DNA of 64,000 nt from Tubulanus polymorphus. Lineage: Eukaryota; Animalia; Nemertea. Below the pieces are notes generated by a model that did no database searches, was not told the origin of the DNA, and was given only the letters and a program-made list of their open reading frames with translations. The first letter of the stretch is position 1. Each line of letters opens with the position of its first letter. Below are positions 1-11,073 of this stretch, piece by piece. The position numbers and the translations under genes are program-made. The stretch lies in contig NC_134026.1 in the NCBI RefSeq assembly GCF_964204645.1, forward strand, positions 9,757,950 through 9,821,949, read 5' to 3'.

Positions 1-32
1 TCACTTTCCTTGAGTTGAAAGAATCAGATCTT

Positions 33-135
33 CTATGGTGCAACATCGGTCGAAGAGAGATAACTTGGTGTTGACGGTCCTTGACCATCTAACTTCATGC
101 GTTTGACATTGGAATCAGCATCATACCCATTTGAA
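33..135 (-). CDS. Candidate terminal coding exon of an unidentified gene (SNGYDADSNVKRMKLDGQGPSTPSYLSSTDVAP*)
   Basis: On the minus strand a ttttgcag acceptor (CAG at 136-138) is followed by 33 open codons with an NLS-like KRMKLD and TAG at 33-35. No upstream exon was identified. Confidence 0.3.
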
Positions 136-546
136 CTGCAAAATATTCATACAACATGAAAACCTACAGTACATGTATACAGTAATCAAAATTTCACCGA
201 TGTTGGATATTTGAATGAACGTTGGGCTTATTTCAGTATTCTAAAGCAGGAAATAATAAGCCCAATCAATAGGCCCTATTCCCATTGGAACAATTGTATA
301 ATTCGTACGCTATACTGTACACTTATCAGTCAAGAATGGAGAAATCGGTATACCAAACCTACGAACAGCAAAATGTACAGGCCTCAAAATGTACAGGCCT
401 ACAATGATTTCTGGTATACAAGCCGTGACCACATGAACGTTTTGGTTTGACTATTAATGTCAGCAGGTCAGAGAAGGCCTGGCCAAATTTAATCACATGG
501 CTCAAATCGATTAGCCTTTCTGCGTGTGAATACTTCACTGTATTGT

Positions 547-700
547 GGGATCATTCATTGATTACGTACGAGGGGGAGGGGTCAGGGCAATTACGTACTG
601 TAATGCTTAATGTACATGAAAAAATGGCAGATTTTGCGTACAGAGGGAGAGGGGGTTGAAATAATCAAATTTTATGCGTACGTAATAAATGAATGATCCC
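547..700. mobile_element. MITE, 154 bp (PIF/Harbinger-like)
   Basis: ~24-bp TIRs GGGATCATTCATTGATTACGTACG / CGTACGTAATAAATGAATGATCCC with TGT on both flanks (3-bp TSD). Confidence 0.7.
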
Positions 701-859
701 TGTTTTAAAAATAGGCCTATCGAGTGAATTAGTACATAGACTGAATTAGACTTTAGGCTAGTCCTGGCCAAATCCTATCCATGTTATAATTGCACCAGTT
801 ATAGTAACATCACTGTAGGGCCGACGAGAGGGAAAAAGTTGTGTTTGTAGTACATAGGC

Positions 860-1417
860 GTGGTTTTGGCAGTTTTTTAGACAATTCACTTCCAACAGTA
901 CTGAAATATTTACAAAATGCATTACTTATTGTTGATTTGTTTTTACATAATACGCCGTCTACCTTAAAAATATCAGGGACACAGTCTTTATTATGAGATT
1001 TTCCCAACACATCTTTCATGGTAGCCCAGAGTTTACGGCTATTGTTTTTGAACTTTAATAATTTATTACTATAAATTGCTGTTTTGCTGCCCTTTAAGCG
1101 GTGTTATAAGTATTTCTATAAGCCACATACAATTTATAGCGTGGGTGACTTTTATCTAAACAAACCTATTATGGTCTTGTACAGGGAATTACATTTTCGA
1201 GCAGAATTTAAAAGGGTCTGTGTCATCCATGGTTCGCGAATGTTATGGTGTTTGAGTTTAACAATTTCTTCTGGTGCATAATAATCAATAATACGCGTTA
1301 GATTATCATTAAAGTACACATATGCAGCATTAACATCTAGCTGATTTATCGGTGACCAATCGGTCACCAAAATAGCACGGTTGATAAAATTTATATTTAC
1401 AATTTTTCTTCGCTTAA
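860..1417 (-). pseudogene. LINE ORF2 linker fragment between endonuclease and RT
   Basis: Typical CR1-group motifs DW..I...DVN.AY..F, YAP, EPWMT, W.TMK.VLG and ISNAFCKYFSTVG. Frameshifted near 1150 and ends before the RT. Confidence 0.75.
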
Positions 1418-4354
1418 CCCTTAGCCTGCGTCACCTGGTTACCCATAGACAGCGTCACCAGATTTACCCTATAAATCACCCTATAGTATCCCTATATGAA
1501 ATATGCTGTAGTGACCATACCTGAAGAGATACCAACATCAAACTTCCCCAATATGTTGGAAACATATAATACTACATTTCTGCATAAAAAATTTAGCCTC
1601 AATAATGGTTACCATGGCAACCGAATATTTAAATATGGCCGACATTTAATATAAATTGGTAGAAAATGGCATATTTTGTAACATTACACATATTGGGGAA
1701 GAGTCAGACATTGTAAATGCATGTTTCTACACACCTTATAATGTTTTCTTTATGATTATATAAGTTTATAACTGAAGGAAACATTAGAAGGCATAAATTT
1801 GATGATTTTAGAAAATTCCAAAATAAGAAAATTTGATGAAAAATTTTTTTTTTATACAGAATTGTATTTATTTGTATTTCCCTGCAAATCTATTCATAAC
1901 TCTCATAATATAATCAGTGAGCATATATATTCAATATCAAGCCATGGAAATGCTATAAATGCAATTCCTTTGATCCTACCATCATTCAGTTGTTGAACTG
2001 GAGTTCGTAAACAAAACCGCATAAATTTTGTGAAAAGAATGTATTAGTCTTTGAATGTAATGTATTAAATTGAAATAAAAACAAATACAATTGATTCCAT
2101 AACACTCTAGTGTTTATTGTTCATCATTTTACGCGTTCTTCCCTCCAGAAAAGGCTTTTGTTTTACTGAGGGCCTTTTCCTTAGGTTGTACATAACGAAC
2201 GATGGTGTGATAACACTGCATGCATTCCGGATGGAGTGCAGGTAAATCTCCACAGGTGGCACATGCATATACAGTCTCATTCCGATATCTCTTTCCTCGT
2301 TTCCTGTCACTACACACGCAGCATTCTCTACTTTTATCTTGTTTTATGGAGAAATGTGGTGCCCCATCGAGACGCTGTAAGTCATGAGTTACAGGACGCG
2401 GTTTCAGATTTGGACTTGGCGTCACAAATGACTTAATGATCGATAATCGGAACTGTTTAGTCGACATTATACCAGTTTCACCCCTTTCATGTTTGTCTTG
2501 TTTATACAGAATGTATGCGTTTACTAGACAAACCTCCAGTTCGTGGAAAAACACCTTCCTCCACCACTTTTTACATTTCCTCTCGAACCTGTAATATACG
2601 CAGAGTTGGTCGTTGACATCGACGCCACCCATATGTGCGTTGTAATCCACAATACACTTCGGTTTGTTTTTCGCAGGTTCATTGGGCTTTTTTGAAGGTA
2701 CTTCAACCCACTGATCAGACCTATGTCCGGAGGAAATCATAGTGACGACACGTTTATCCCGCCACTGAAGGACGAAGACATTGTCATTACGATAGGCGAT
2801 CATGTCGCCCTTTTTCAAACCCTTAGGCTTTTCAATCTTTGTAGGTGATTGCTTCCTATTGGTCATTATTGTCCCTGTGTAGTTGAATCCCAAATCAGTA
2901 AGTTTTTGAGCTAGCTCTACTGACCAAAAGAAGCGATCTGCGTACACCCAGTGTCCTATATTTGCTAAAGGTTCCACGAGGTCAAGGACATGTTGTGACG
3001 ATTTATTAATATCCGGATCATTAGGTGCCGCATTACCATCACTACCAATATATATATTTTGATGCCACATGTAGCCTGTAGCGCTATCGGCTAAAGTATA
3101 CAGTTTAATACCCCACTTTGTGGGCTTTTTGGGTGCGTATTGTTTAAACATGACACGGCCTTTAAATTTGACCATGGTCTCATCTACAGAAATGTGTTGG
3201 CCCATTTCGAAATACTCTTTCTATTTACTATTTACATGATCAAGCAGCCATGTGATTTTGTACGCCTTGTGTGGTAGTTCCTGTCCAGGTGGAAGAGGTT
3301 CAGCTGCGTGTAGGTTCCACAAAAGCATTAAGAATTTGTCCCTGTTGATTGATTTATGAAAAATCGACATGTGAAGTGGGTACTCAGACGAAAAATAATC
3401 GTCAACGCTTGGTAACCGAACAATACTCATATTAATAATGAGTCCTATGACACGTTTCATATCTTCCCTGGTAGGGGTCACCCATTTATTCAGTCTAGAG
3501 TTCTCACCTAAATTGCGATTGGCTATATTGTCCTTGGTCACGGCATCAGTGTTCTGTGCGATTTGATCAATCATGGCGTCGCTCCAAAACAGTTGAAAAA
3601 AATCTACAGGATCCCTTTGCAGCATGGCAGGCAGCTGAAAAAAATGTATTTAATTATGATAATAATAATAATATTCTAATAAAAACATGTGAGAAAATAT
3701 TAAACTTTTTGCCCCGTATACGTTTCCCGAATATAGTCGGGTGAAAATCCCCTGATGTAAACCCCCCCCCCAACTGATAATATTACATTGTCAACTCATA
3801 AAAAGCTACTAACCTTAGTGCCAGGATGCCCCTTGAATTTATGCAGCAGCGGATATGTCTGATCATCAACAGTAGTAACACAGATCCATTCATCTTCATC
3901 AAAATCCTTGTCCATTTTAGGAGGTGGGGAACCTTCTTCGTCAGTTGAGTCATCATCTGGTGGGGGGTCATCAATAGAATTATCATTTTCGTCTACCTCA
4001 GATCCGCAACTCTCATTAGAGCCATCACTTTCGCTATAATCATACTCCGATCCAGAGGAATCATCGTTTTCGTCATCATCGTCCTCATTATCGAAAACGT
4101 TTTGCAAGTACTGAAATGCTCCATCTCTTTTCGGCCTGGAAGCCGCCATCTTGCAATAAATTTCGTGACTGACGGTAAAGTTAGCGACCACTCATGTTGC
4201 TAAATGCTTAGAAATGAAGTTCTCTAGAAATCATGCAGATGGCAGCACGTCCCAGTGGTGGATATTTGGTCTATTATTCACCCGACTGTGGTCGGGAAAA
4301 GCGTTGGGTTTAGGGTTAGGGTCCCGACTGTAGTCGGGAAAAGCTGGACAAGGG
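1418..4354 (-). mobile_element. piggyBac DNA transposon A (2937 bp)
   Basis: TTAA at 1414-1417 and 4355-4358. Imperfect TIRs CCCTTAGCCTGC vs CCCTTGTCCAGC. Removing it restores the LINE ORF2 frame. Confidence 0.9.
2129..4149 (-). pseudogene. piggyBac (PGBD4-like) transposase, two exons (4149-3814, 3634-2129), one in-frame TAG at 3221-3223
   Basis: Acidic N-terminus; DDD motifs VDETM, YADRFF and GGVDVNDQ; KPTKWGIK motif; C-terminal Cys-rich domain. Phase-0 GTTAGT...TTTTCAG intron at 3635-3813. Confidence 0.88.
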
Positions 4355-4982
4355 TTAAAGAAACAGGGATTTTCATTTACATGCACGGTTTTATCAATTG
4401 AAACGAGGCAAGGCAGGTGATCTGACAAGTTGGATAGCAAAATACAAGAGTTAATACTTCCTTTAATATTAGAATCAACGTATATATTATCTATCAAAGT
4501 AGCAGTATTTTTGGTTATACGAGTTGGGCAAATGATAGACGGATATAGACCATTAGTTAGATTAAAATCTAGAAATCTAGCCATATTAGCATGATTATCA
4601 ATTTTTAGAAAATTAAGATTTTGGTCAGTCCCAATCATGACACGCTTTTTTTCATTCTTAACTCTCTCTACACAGATACTGTAATCATTAATGAAACTTA
4701 TCTCACTTGTACCTGGTACACGGTATATCTCACCTACGACAATATTGTCATCTAACTCTATAAAACAGGACTCAAATTGACCAGATTTAAAAATACATAG
4801 ATCATTCCGTTCTGAAAAATGCAAATCATTATGTACATAAATGGCTACACCACCGCCCTGGCTTTTTTCTCTGTGTTTTTCAACTAGACTATAACCAGGT
4901 ATTTGAACTTTACAAACATTGTCGTCATTAAGTAACGTTTCACATAATAGAATTAAGTGTAATTTACATGACTGCTGATTAA
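4355..4982 (-). pseudogene. LINE ORF2 APE endonuclease domain (middle segment)
   Basis: APE motifs LLCET, GGGVAIYV, EIYRVP, IGTDQN, PTRIT..TATLIDNIY and SDHLP. Confidence 0.9.
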
Positions 4983-7251
4983 CACTTTCACTGCTGCATT
5001 GCATAGCATTGTTGCCTAGCTATGCTGGGCCCGTTTCGGGAAAAATAGGAAATTATTATATTCTGAGAATAAATGAATATAGAAGCATATTAGCCTACCT
5101 TTACTTGTTTTATTCACTTATCTTCAATATTGAGCTTTTATGTGATACATTCTGAAGCAGTTTGGGTTTGCAATGTGTAGTGGTACCCCACATTCTTTGC
5201 ACGTGTAACGAGTGTCTTTACGGATTCCTTTTTTCGCACAAACCCGACAGCGTCTTTGAGCATTTGTTTTCTTGTCAGTAGCTGGTATTGTGACAATTGT
5301 ATGTCTTCTCATGGCAGGGCTAATTTTAGTAGGTGGGTCACTTGTACACCTAGGCACTGGAGGGCGCACAGCAGGAGCAGGATCATCTGCATCGGAATCA
5401 GCATCGTCATTCAGCGTATTTCCATGTACAACCATTGCTTTGATCACCGAGGTCAAAAAGTCCAACAGCTCCTCAGAGGCCTTGCGATACTTCTTGAACA
5501 GAATATGAGCATTTAGGAGTCCAAGATGAATCAAGTAATAAACCAATTTTTTGGGCCACTTCACGGTTTTTCGAGTGCGCGGGTAATATTTGCCCATTTG
5601 ATCAAGATGATCGACACCGGACATATATCTATTGTAATCCAAAATGCATTTTGGTTTTTGCACCTGATGTCAACCAGCATTCACATGATCTGCCTTTGAA
5701 ACATCATGTAGAGTAGTAATCATCTTCACAACCCTTTTATCTTTCCACATAAGAAACAGAATTTGTCCTTTGCGGCGAAATGCGACATCACCAACGCCAA
5801 GTTGATTTTCCTGATCTCTCAATGATTTTGGCATTCCCCTATTTACTCTGACAGTTCCACAGGTGTGGGTTTTCTTGGAAAACAGGTGGGTGGATACAGT
5901 GAGACTATTATAAAAATTATCCATATACACCTTATAGTTTTTTTGATACAAAGATGTCAGTAAATCATCACAGATTTGTACATTGGACCGACCGAGACCA
6001 CAGTATAAGCTATAGCCGTACACATATCCACTTTCAGATTCACAGAGAATATAACCCTTCATCCCGTATTTGATGGGTTTCTTGGGATTATAAACACGAA
6101 ACAGCAAGCGGCCGCGCCACTTGAGCATGCCTTCATCCAGTGCGAGATGCTCAGTTGGTACATATATTGACATGAACTTCTGTATGAAAAAATCATAGAC
6201 TGGCCGCACTTTATATAATCGGTCATTATCATTTGCTGGCCTAGCATCATTATCATATAAATGAAGAAACTTGCATATCAACAAAAATCTGTCTCTAGAC
6301 ATCACTGTTCCAAAGAAAGGTGTAGCAAACATGACATCGGTTGACCAGTACATATTTAGTGTTGGCTTTTTGATAATGCCGGTAAGAAAAAGCAGTGCGA
6401 GAAAGTGCCACATCTCTTTCTCGGTGACATCTTTCCAGCTGTGTACTCTAGATTTATCTTTCATCTCAGTGTCCCTAATGTACTGTTCAGCGTACAAATT
6501 AGTTTCACGCACAAGAATTTCAATAAGTTCATCGGTAAAAAAAAGTCGAAAATAATCGAAAGGAGTCGCATCGACACCTATCTGAACCTGCATACCTGGC
6601 GTACCGGTAAATGGGTCAACATTTGGTTGTGTATCAACATCACTCCACCCTACATCTGAAGGATGCATGCCTCCAGGGGCATTTACAACATTAGCAGCAC
6701 CTCTGCCCCTACCTCTCCCGCGTCCACGGCCCCGTGCACGGCCGCGAGGACCTCCACGTCCACGATTATTTTGTACAGCGACTGGGGCAGGTGGTTGAAA
6801 ATTATCGTCACTAGAATCACTCGAATCAGGCTGTTCATCCTCACCTGAAGATCCCCCTGAATCTGCAGAAAAATGTTCTTCATTTTCCTCATCGAATAAT
6901 TCCTCCTCTGAATCTGAATCAGCAAATAATTCATCGATTTGTTGATGATTTAGACGTTGACGGCGATTATTCATGGGCGCTGCCATTTTGTTTTCGATTG
7001 TTTATTTCCAAGTCACACATTGCTATTCAACAGCGTCAAGCATCACAAAATCAATATAAATACACTACGAACATACATTACTGAATGCCGCTATATGTCT
7101 ACGTGCACTTGGATTAATCATACAGCTCTAGTTTATGGTACAGACGCCAGAGACCGACACTTCCTAGTGTTTGGAAAACGTACATATACGTCCATAGCAG
7201 TTAATGTAATTTTTGATAAGACGTAGATATACGTCCACAGCAGTGAAAGTG
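4983..7251 (-). mobile_element. piggyBac DNA transposon B (2269 bp)
   Basis: TTAA at 4979-4982 and 7252-7255. Perfect 14-bp TIRs CACTTTCACTGCTG (4983-4996, 7238-7251). A degenerate subterminal copy of the right end lies at ~7178-7206. Confidence 0.93.
5124..6986 (-). pseudogene. piggyBac (PGBD4-like) transposase, ~620 codons with a single in-frame TGA at 5670-5672
   Basis: ORFs 5670-6986 and 5124-5663 are in one frame (NAG*HQVQKPKC). DDD motifs LDEGM, YMDNFY and SGVDHLDQ; C-terminal CRVC...CKEC...CF..YH domain; acidic and RG-rich N-terminus. Confidence 0.92.
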
Positions 7252-7488
7252 TTAAGGATACTAATAATATTTCTTAGATCTGTTATCTTACTACAGAGAC
7301 TGTATATTAAGTTGAAGAATATTGAACTTAGAATCATCGAATTTGATCTTACTTATGTCATACATATCTATATATGGACAATCATTATTCAAGGGATTAA
7401 AGTCGATTAAGTCGTGATCTAGCAAGTAATCAGAATTATTCTGAATGACCTTGATACGGTCTGTTACATTTATATTACCAAGACGCAT
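7252..7488 (-). pseudogene. LINE ORF2 N-terminus (start of the APE domain)
   Basis: FNILQLNIQSL-(disruption)-SKITDLRNIISILN matches APE motif I and continues across the TTAA into the 4982-4355 segment. Confidence 0.8.
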
Positions 7489-7651
7489 TGATATTTTATA
7501 TAAAAAAGGATTAGATCCAATAATGATAGACAGAGATCATCACTCTGTACTTGTCGCATATAATAAGAAATGTATATAATAAATAGGCTCATGTTTATTC
7601 TTGGACATTTGGCTTTTCAGCAGAGGGAGGCATCTCAGTAAGGGATCTGTC

Positions 7652-8891
7652 TTAACGTTTCTTTCCGGTGTTACCCGTCTGTGGTGTCGCACAGACATCG
7701 CTTTCGCCGATTCCTTCAACTGCTTCGCAGAATTTCTTTATCAGAGCTAACTTTCCAGTTTCACTAAGATGGATACCACTTCTATCGGTCACTGAAGAAT
7801 AGTGATCAAGTACTTTGCCATAAGTCGACTTCAGAAATGTGTCATTGTCGATGAATGACATGTTATTCTTTAAACACAACTTTCCCATGTAAGAATTAAT
7901 TTCTGATACAGTGTTGTTGAAGTCTTTTACATTGTTGCTGCCGCCTTTTCTCGGAATGATGCTGGATAGATGTATCTGAGATTTTGGATAATGCTCAGCT
8001 GTCTTGGCTAATAATAATGACAAGTTCATTTTTACGGTATCGGGGTCTTTTTTTATTTTGAGTGGCATCATTCGTGCCGAGATGAAGGATGACATCACTG
8101 ACTGATGACGCGGTCACTGTATTGTCAGCGGTATCGAGAAGCGAAACAATGTTATCGCTGGATGCACCTGGCTGACAGATAACAAAGCCGGTCAGAAATT
8201 CACTATTTCGGAGATTTGAGTCGCCTATCAAAAGAATGGACGATTCCTGGGAACTATTTACGGTAGTGCCGGACGTTTTCTCGGTGTCATTCATCGGACA
8301 ATTGCGGGCTTTATGTTCTAACGCGCCACATTTGAAACACTTAGGTGGTGATTTTGACGGACAGTCATATGAATTGTGATCATCACCTAGGCAATGCTGA
8401 CAGCATATGCCCGAACAGTATATCCTAGCATTATATCCATTGATTTTTGTATATGTTGGAATGACTGCTTCGATCTTTTTTAATTTTAGATATCTGGTTC
8501 CTGTAAATATATTGGTGTCTTTAATCGTGCCTTTCTTTAACGACCCTTGAACATATTCTCCAAATTTCGACATTAAGTTTGAAATAGCAGTGTCGCTCAT
8601 TTCTATGGGGACGTCAACCACTTTGACATTCATATAATTTGTTTCTGCATCTGTAAGATCAAGTCGAGTACCATCCACAATTAATCCCGAAAGTTTTAAA
8701 GAAGTTTTACTTTCCTCGTCTATCGTTGTGATGATACAGTTTCTCGTAGTTATTTGAATAGATACGATTTTATCTATATCCAGTTTTTGTCGCAAAGCTT
8801 CAATAACCTGCTGGTGTGAGAGTTTTTTTTCCATCACTCAGCTCTCTAATCAAACTTTACAGACCTTTCTCTTGATAATTCACTCATCATG
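7652..8891 (-). pseudogene. LINE ORF1: RRM-like region, two CCHC zinc knuckles and SGNH/GDSL esterase (frameshifted)
   Basis: CQHCLGDDHNSYDC and CFKCGALEHKARNC knuckles; ILLIGDSNLR, PGA, HLGTND and DRSGIHL esterase blocks. One extra A in the A7 run at 8048-8054 splits the two listed ORFs. Likely original start is MMSELSRERSVKF near 8890. Confidence 0.85.
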
Positions 8892-9561
8892 GCAGAGTTC
8901 TTGATATCCTGATTGCTTTGAAGTAGATGTAACTTCGTAAATTATATAATTTTCAAATAGAAACGGACGATTCACGACACACGTTCGAACTATTCCGCCA
9001 TTTTGTATCCATTGTGTCGTGCATTACAGAATCTGCACGTAAATAACGATTCACAGTCAGGAAACTTGTGAGAGCCTGACAGGCAGTTAAAACATAGTCC
9101 ATCACGTTTGACGATCTCCTCCCTTTTTGCTCTGTCGGTCATTATTGCGCAGTCCTTTGACGCGTGAGACTGCCGGCAAAAGGCACATTTTTTGGTGCGA
9201 AATTGTTGCGGTGGTTTCCCTTTTGATTTATAACTCGTGTAGCCTTTATTGCTACGAGTGAGAAACGTGGCCGTAAGACTGCCTCGGGTGAACCGATCAT
9301 TCGCAGCGCCTTTACCCACTTCTAGGGCCTTGATCTCCTTCGAAATCGCGACTCGCAACTCGGCCAGGGTCCAATCTCGATCACCATGATCTCGCGCGAT
9401 TTGGGTTCGCAAAACGTTTGGTAATTTGTTCATTATCACTGGAACCAGGAGGTCGCCTTAGGTATCCTCTGATTTCCCCAGCGATTCTAATCTGCGCACG
9501 TGACTTTCTAACCTGTCATAAAAGTCTCAGGCTGTCGACGTCAGAATTCGGTACATTCAGT

Positions 9562-10046
9562 ATAAGCTACACCGCAAACCACTGACTGCTGACTATGAAT
9601 CCGGAATGAAATAAACTTTATAAACGAAACGGAGGAGCTTGATCTGAGTTAAACGCTCGATTCTTTATTGTTCATCATCATCATAACTTTCTTCGATAAC
9701 ACATAACCACCGGCTTGACCGGAGACATCTTACAGCTTATACTCTTATCTGCTTAAAATCGTCAATCATCGACGATACTGAACCGAATTAATAGTACATC
9801 ATAAACCTTACAAACGAGCAATGAGGTTTCTATAAAAGAGTTAAAAACAAATCTTGGAAAAGACCCAGCTAAAAATTACAAGAGAAATAAACTTAAGCCT
9901 ACTTACAGACACATTAAAGCTCCTGTCTTTACAAAACCGTAACGTTAACAAGATCTCTGGACTATCCAAAGCAACATGGCTTCCCAAACTCTCACCAATC
10001 TTTATGTAAATTAACCGGAAATGCCACAGAGGGCAGCACCAGCTTA
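9562..10046. mobile_element. 485-bp non-coding insertion in BEL gag with 9-bp TSD
   Basis: ACATTCAGT is duplicated at 9553-9561 and 10047-10055. Ends are (A)TAAGCT...AGCTTA. Removal rejoins gag (ALLELNV|PNSDVDSLR). Confidence 0.8.
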
Positions 10047-10832
10047 ACATTCAGTTCAAGCAGTGCTGACATGTATGTATTGATAATTTTGTGAGACTGA
10101 CCGTAGCGTTTTTGTAGCAATTCCATAGCATGCGTATAGTTGGCGTCTGTCAACGATAGTCTTGCAATGGTCTTGGCAGCCTCTCCGCGAAGCTGGCATT
10201 GCAGATACTGACATTTCTGCACGTTTGAGAGTTGCATGTTTCCATCAACACCGGATTGAAATGCATCTATGAACGTAATCCATTGGAGCATGTCGCCATC
10301 GAATGTCGGTAGTTGTAATTTCGGTAAGGAAGTACTCGGCGTCGTGTAATTCGGCGTTGGCCGAGGTTGACGGATGATGGGCATGTCATTCTGCGGTGAT
10401 GACAACAGCTGTTCTGGAGACCGGGTATCGTTGACCAGTTCCTCTGGAAACTGTTGAGTCAGCGTTATTGAAAGCTGACTCACCCAGTGTTGCACCTTGA
10501 CCAAGTTTTCGTTGGCGTCCGTCGTGAAATCATCGGCGTCGACGAGTGTCTTGTGTCTTATTTCGTCACTCGCTAATGCCATTAGTTCATTAGTTTAGCG
10601 TCTAGATCGCTGATTTCCTCTATCTTTTGTTGGATTCGATCTATTTTCTCTTTCAGCATCTCGATTTTGGTGGAATCATCTTCGGTGGTAGATGTCCAAA
10701 TACTCGTGGCCCTTTTCACTAGTTTCGTGACCTGGCCACGTTGCGCTGATCTCGTGTTCTTCAGGTGGATCTGGGACCGCGGGCCCGAGTCAGTTGTTGA
10801 GGTTTCTTCTGAAGGCATCATGTCGTTGGAAT

Positions 10833-10850
10833 ATCCTGGTCACGGCACCA
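10833..10850 (-). promoter_or_regulatory. Primer-binding site complementary to the tRNA-His 3' end
   Basis: Minus strand reads TGGTGCCGTGACCAGGAT, the complement of invertebrate tRNA-His(GTG) ...ATCCTGGTCACGGCA-CCA. It lies 2 nt from the LTR-terminal CA. Confidence 0.85.
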
Positions 10851-10852
10851 AA

Positions 10853-11073
10853 TGTGGGTGTAGACCACAGCGTAAACCAGATTCTGAGAGAGCAACAACG
10901 AACAGGTCTTTTCGATATAGAGATATGAACTGAACTAACATTATTCTCATGAAATGGATGATGAGTAACGGTACTACATCTGGAAGGGGTTAACAATATA
11001 TAAACAACAGTATCAGTGACTTGACTCGAGTACATGTTACCTATGTACTATAACCAATCGGCAGTTGCCGACA
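10853..11073 (-). repeat. Candidate 5' LTR of the BEL element (~221 bp)
   Basis: Minus-strand TGTCGG...CCCACA termini, TATA-like run near 11000, and adjacency to the PBS. The outer boundary is inferred because no second LTR is present. Confidence 0.55.

Larger units (their letters stand above)
860..9012 (-). mobile_element. CR1-group (Crack/Daphne/L2-like) non-LTR retrotransposon, 3'-truncated before the RT domain and interrupted by two piggyBacs
   Basis: ORF1 at ~8891-7652. ORF2 pieces at 7488-7252, 4982-4355 and 1417-860 rejoin in frame across both TTAA sites (SILN|QQSCKLHLILLCET; ENPCFFK|RRKIVN). YY1-like CAAAATGGCGG lies near the putative 5' end (~8995-9005). Confidence 0.85.
9013..11073 (-). 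mobile_element. BEL/Pao LTR retrotransposon 5' fragment (LTR, PBS, degenerate gag; pol absent)
   Basis: DUF1759-type gag (LPKLQLPTFDGD..QW..F, L.GEA..., NY..A..LL..RYG) and BEL-type triple Cys/His knuckle (CAFC..SH...DC, CFNCL...H...DC, CRFCNARH). PBS and candidate LTR lie upstream. Confidence 0.88.

Noticed and set aside
811-845. CACTGTAGGG... as a Transib/RAG-like terminus enclosing the TE nest
   Set aside because: No matching inverted end with a TSD was found; the best candidate near 11390 shares only 7 bp.
5670-5672. Selenocysteine or read-through TGA in piggyBac B
   Set aside because: The position is in a variable linker, no SECIS was recognised, and a point mutation is more parsimonious.
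8048-8054. Programmed frameshift between the knuckle and esterase parts of ORF1
   Set aside because: It falls inside the esterase domain, needs +1 rather than -1, and is simply explained by one extra A in a homopolymer of an already decayed copy.
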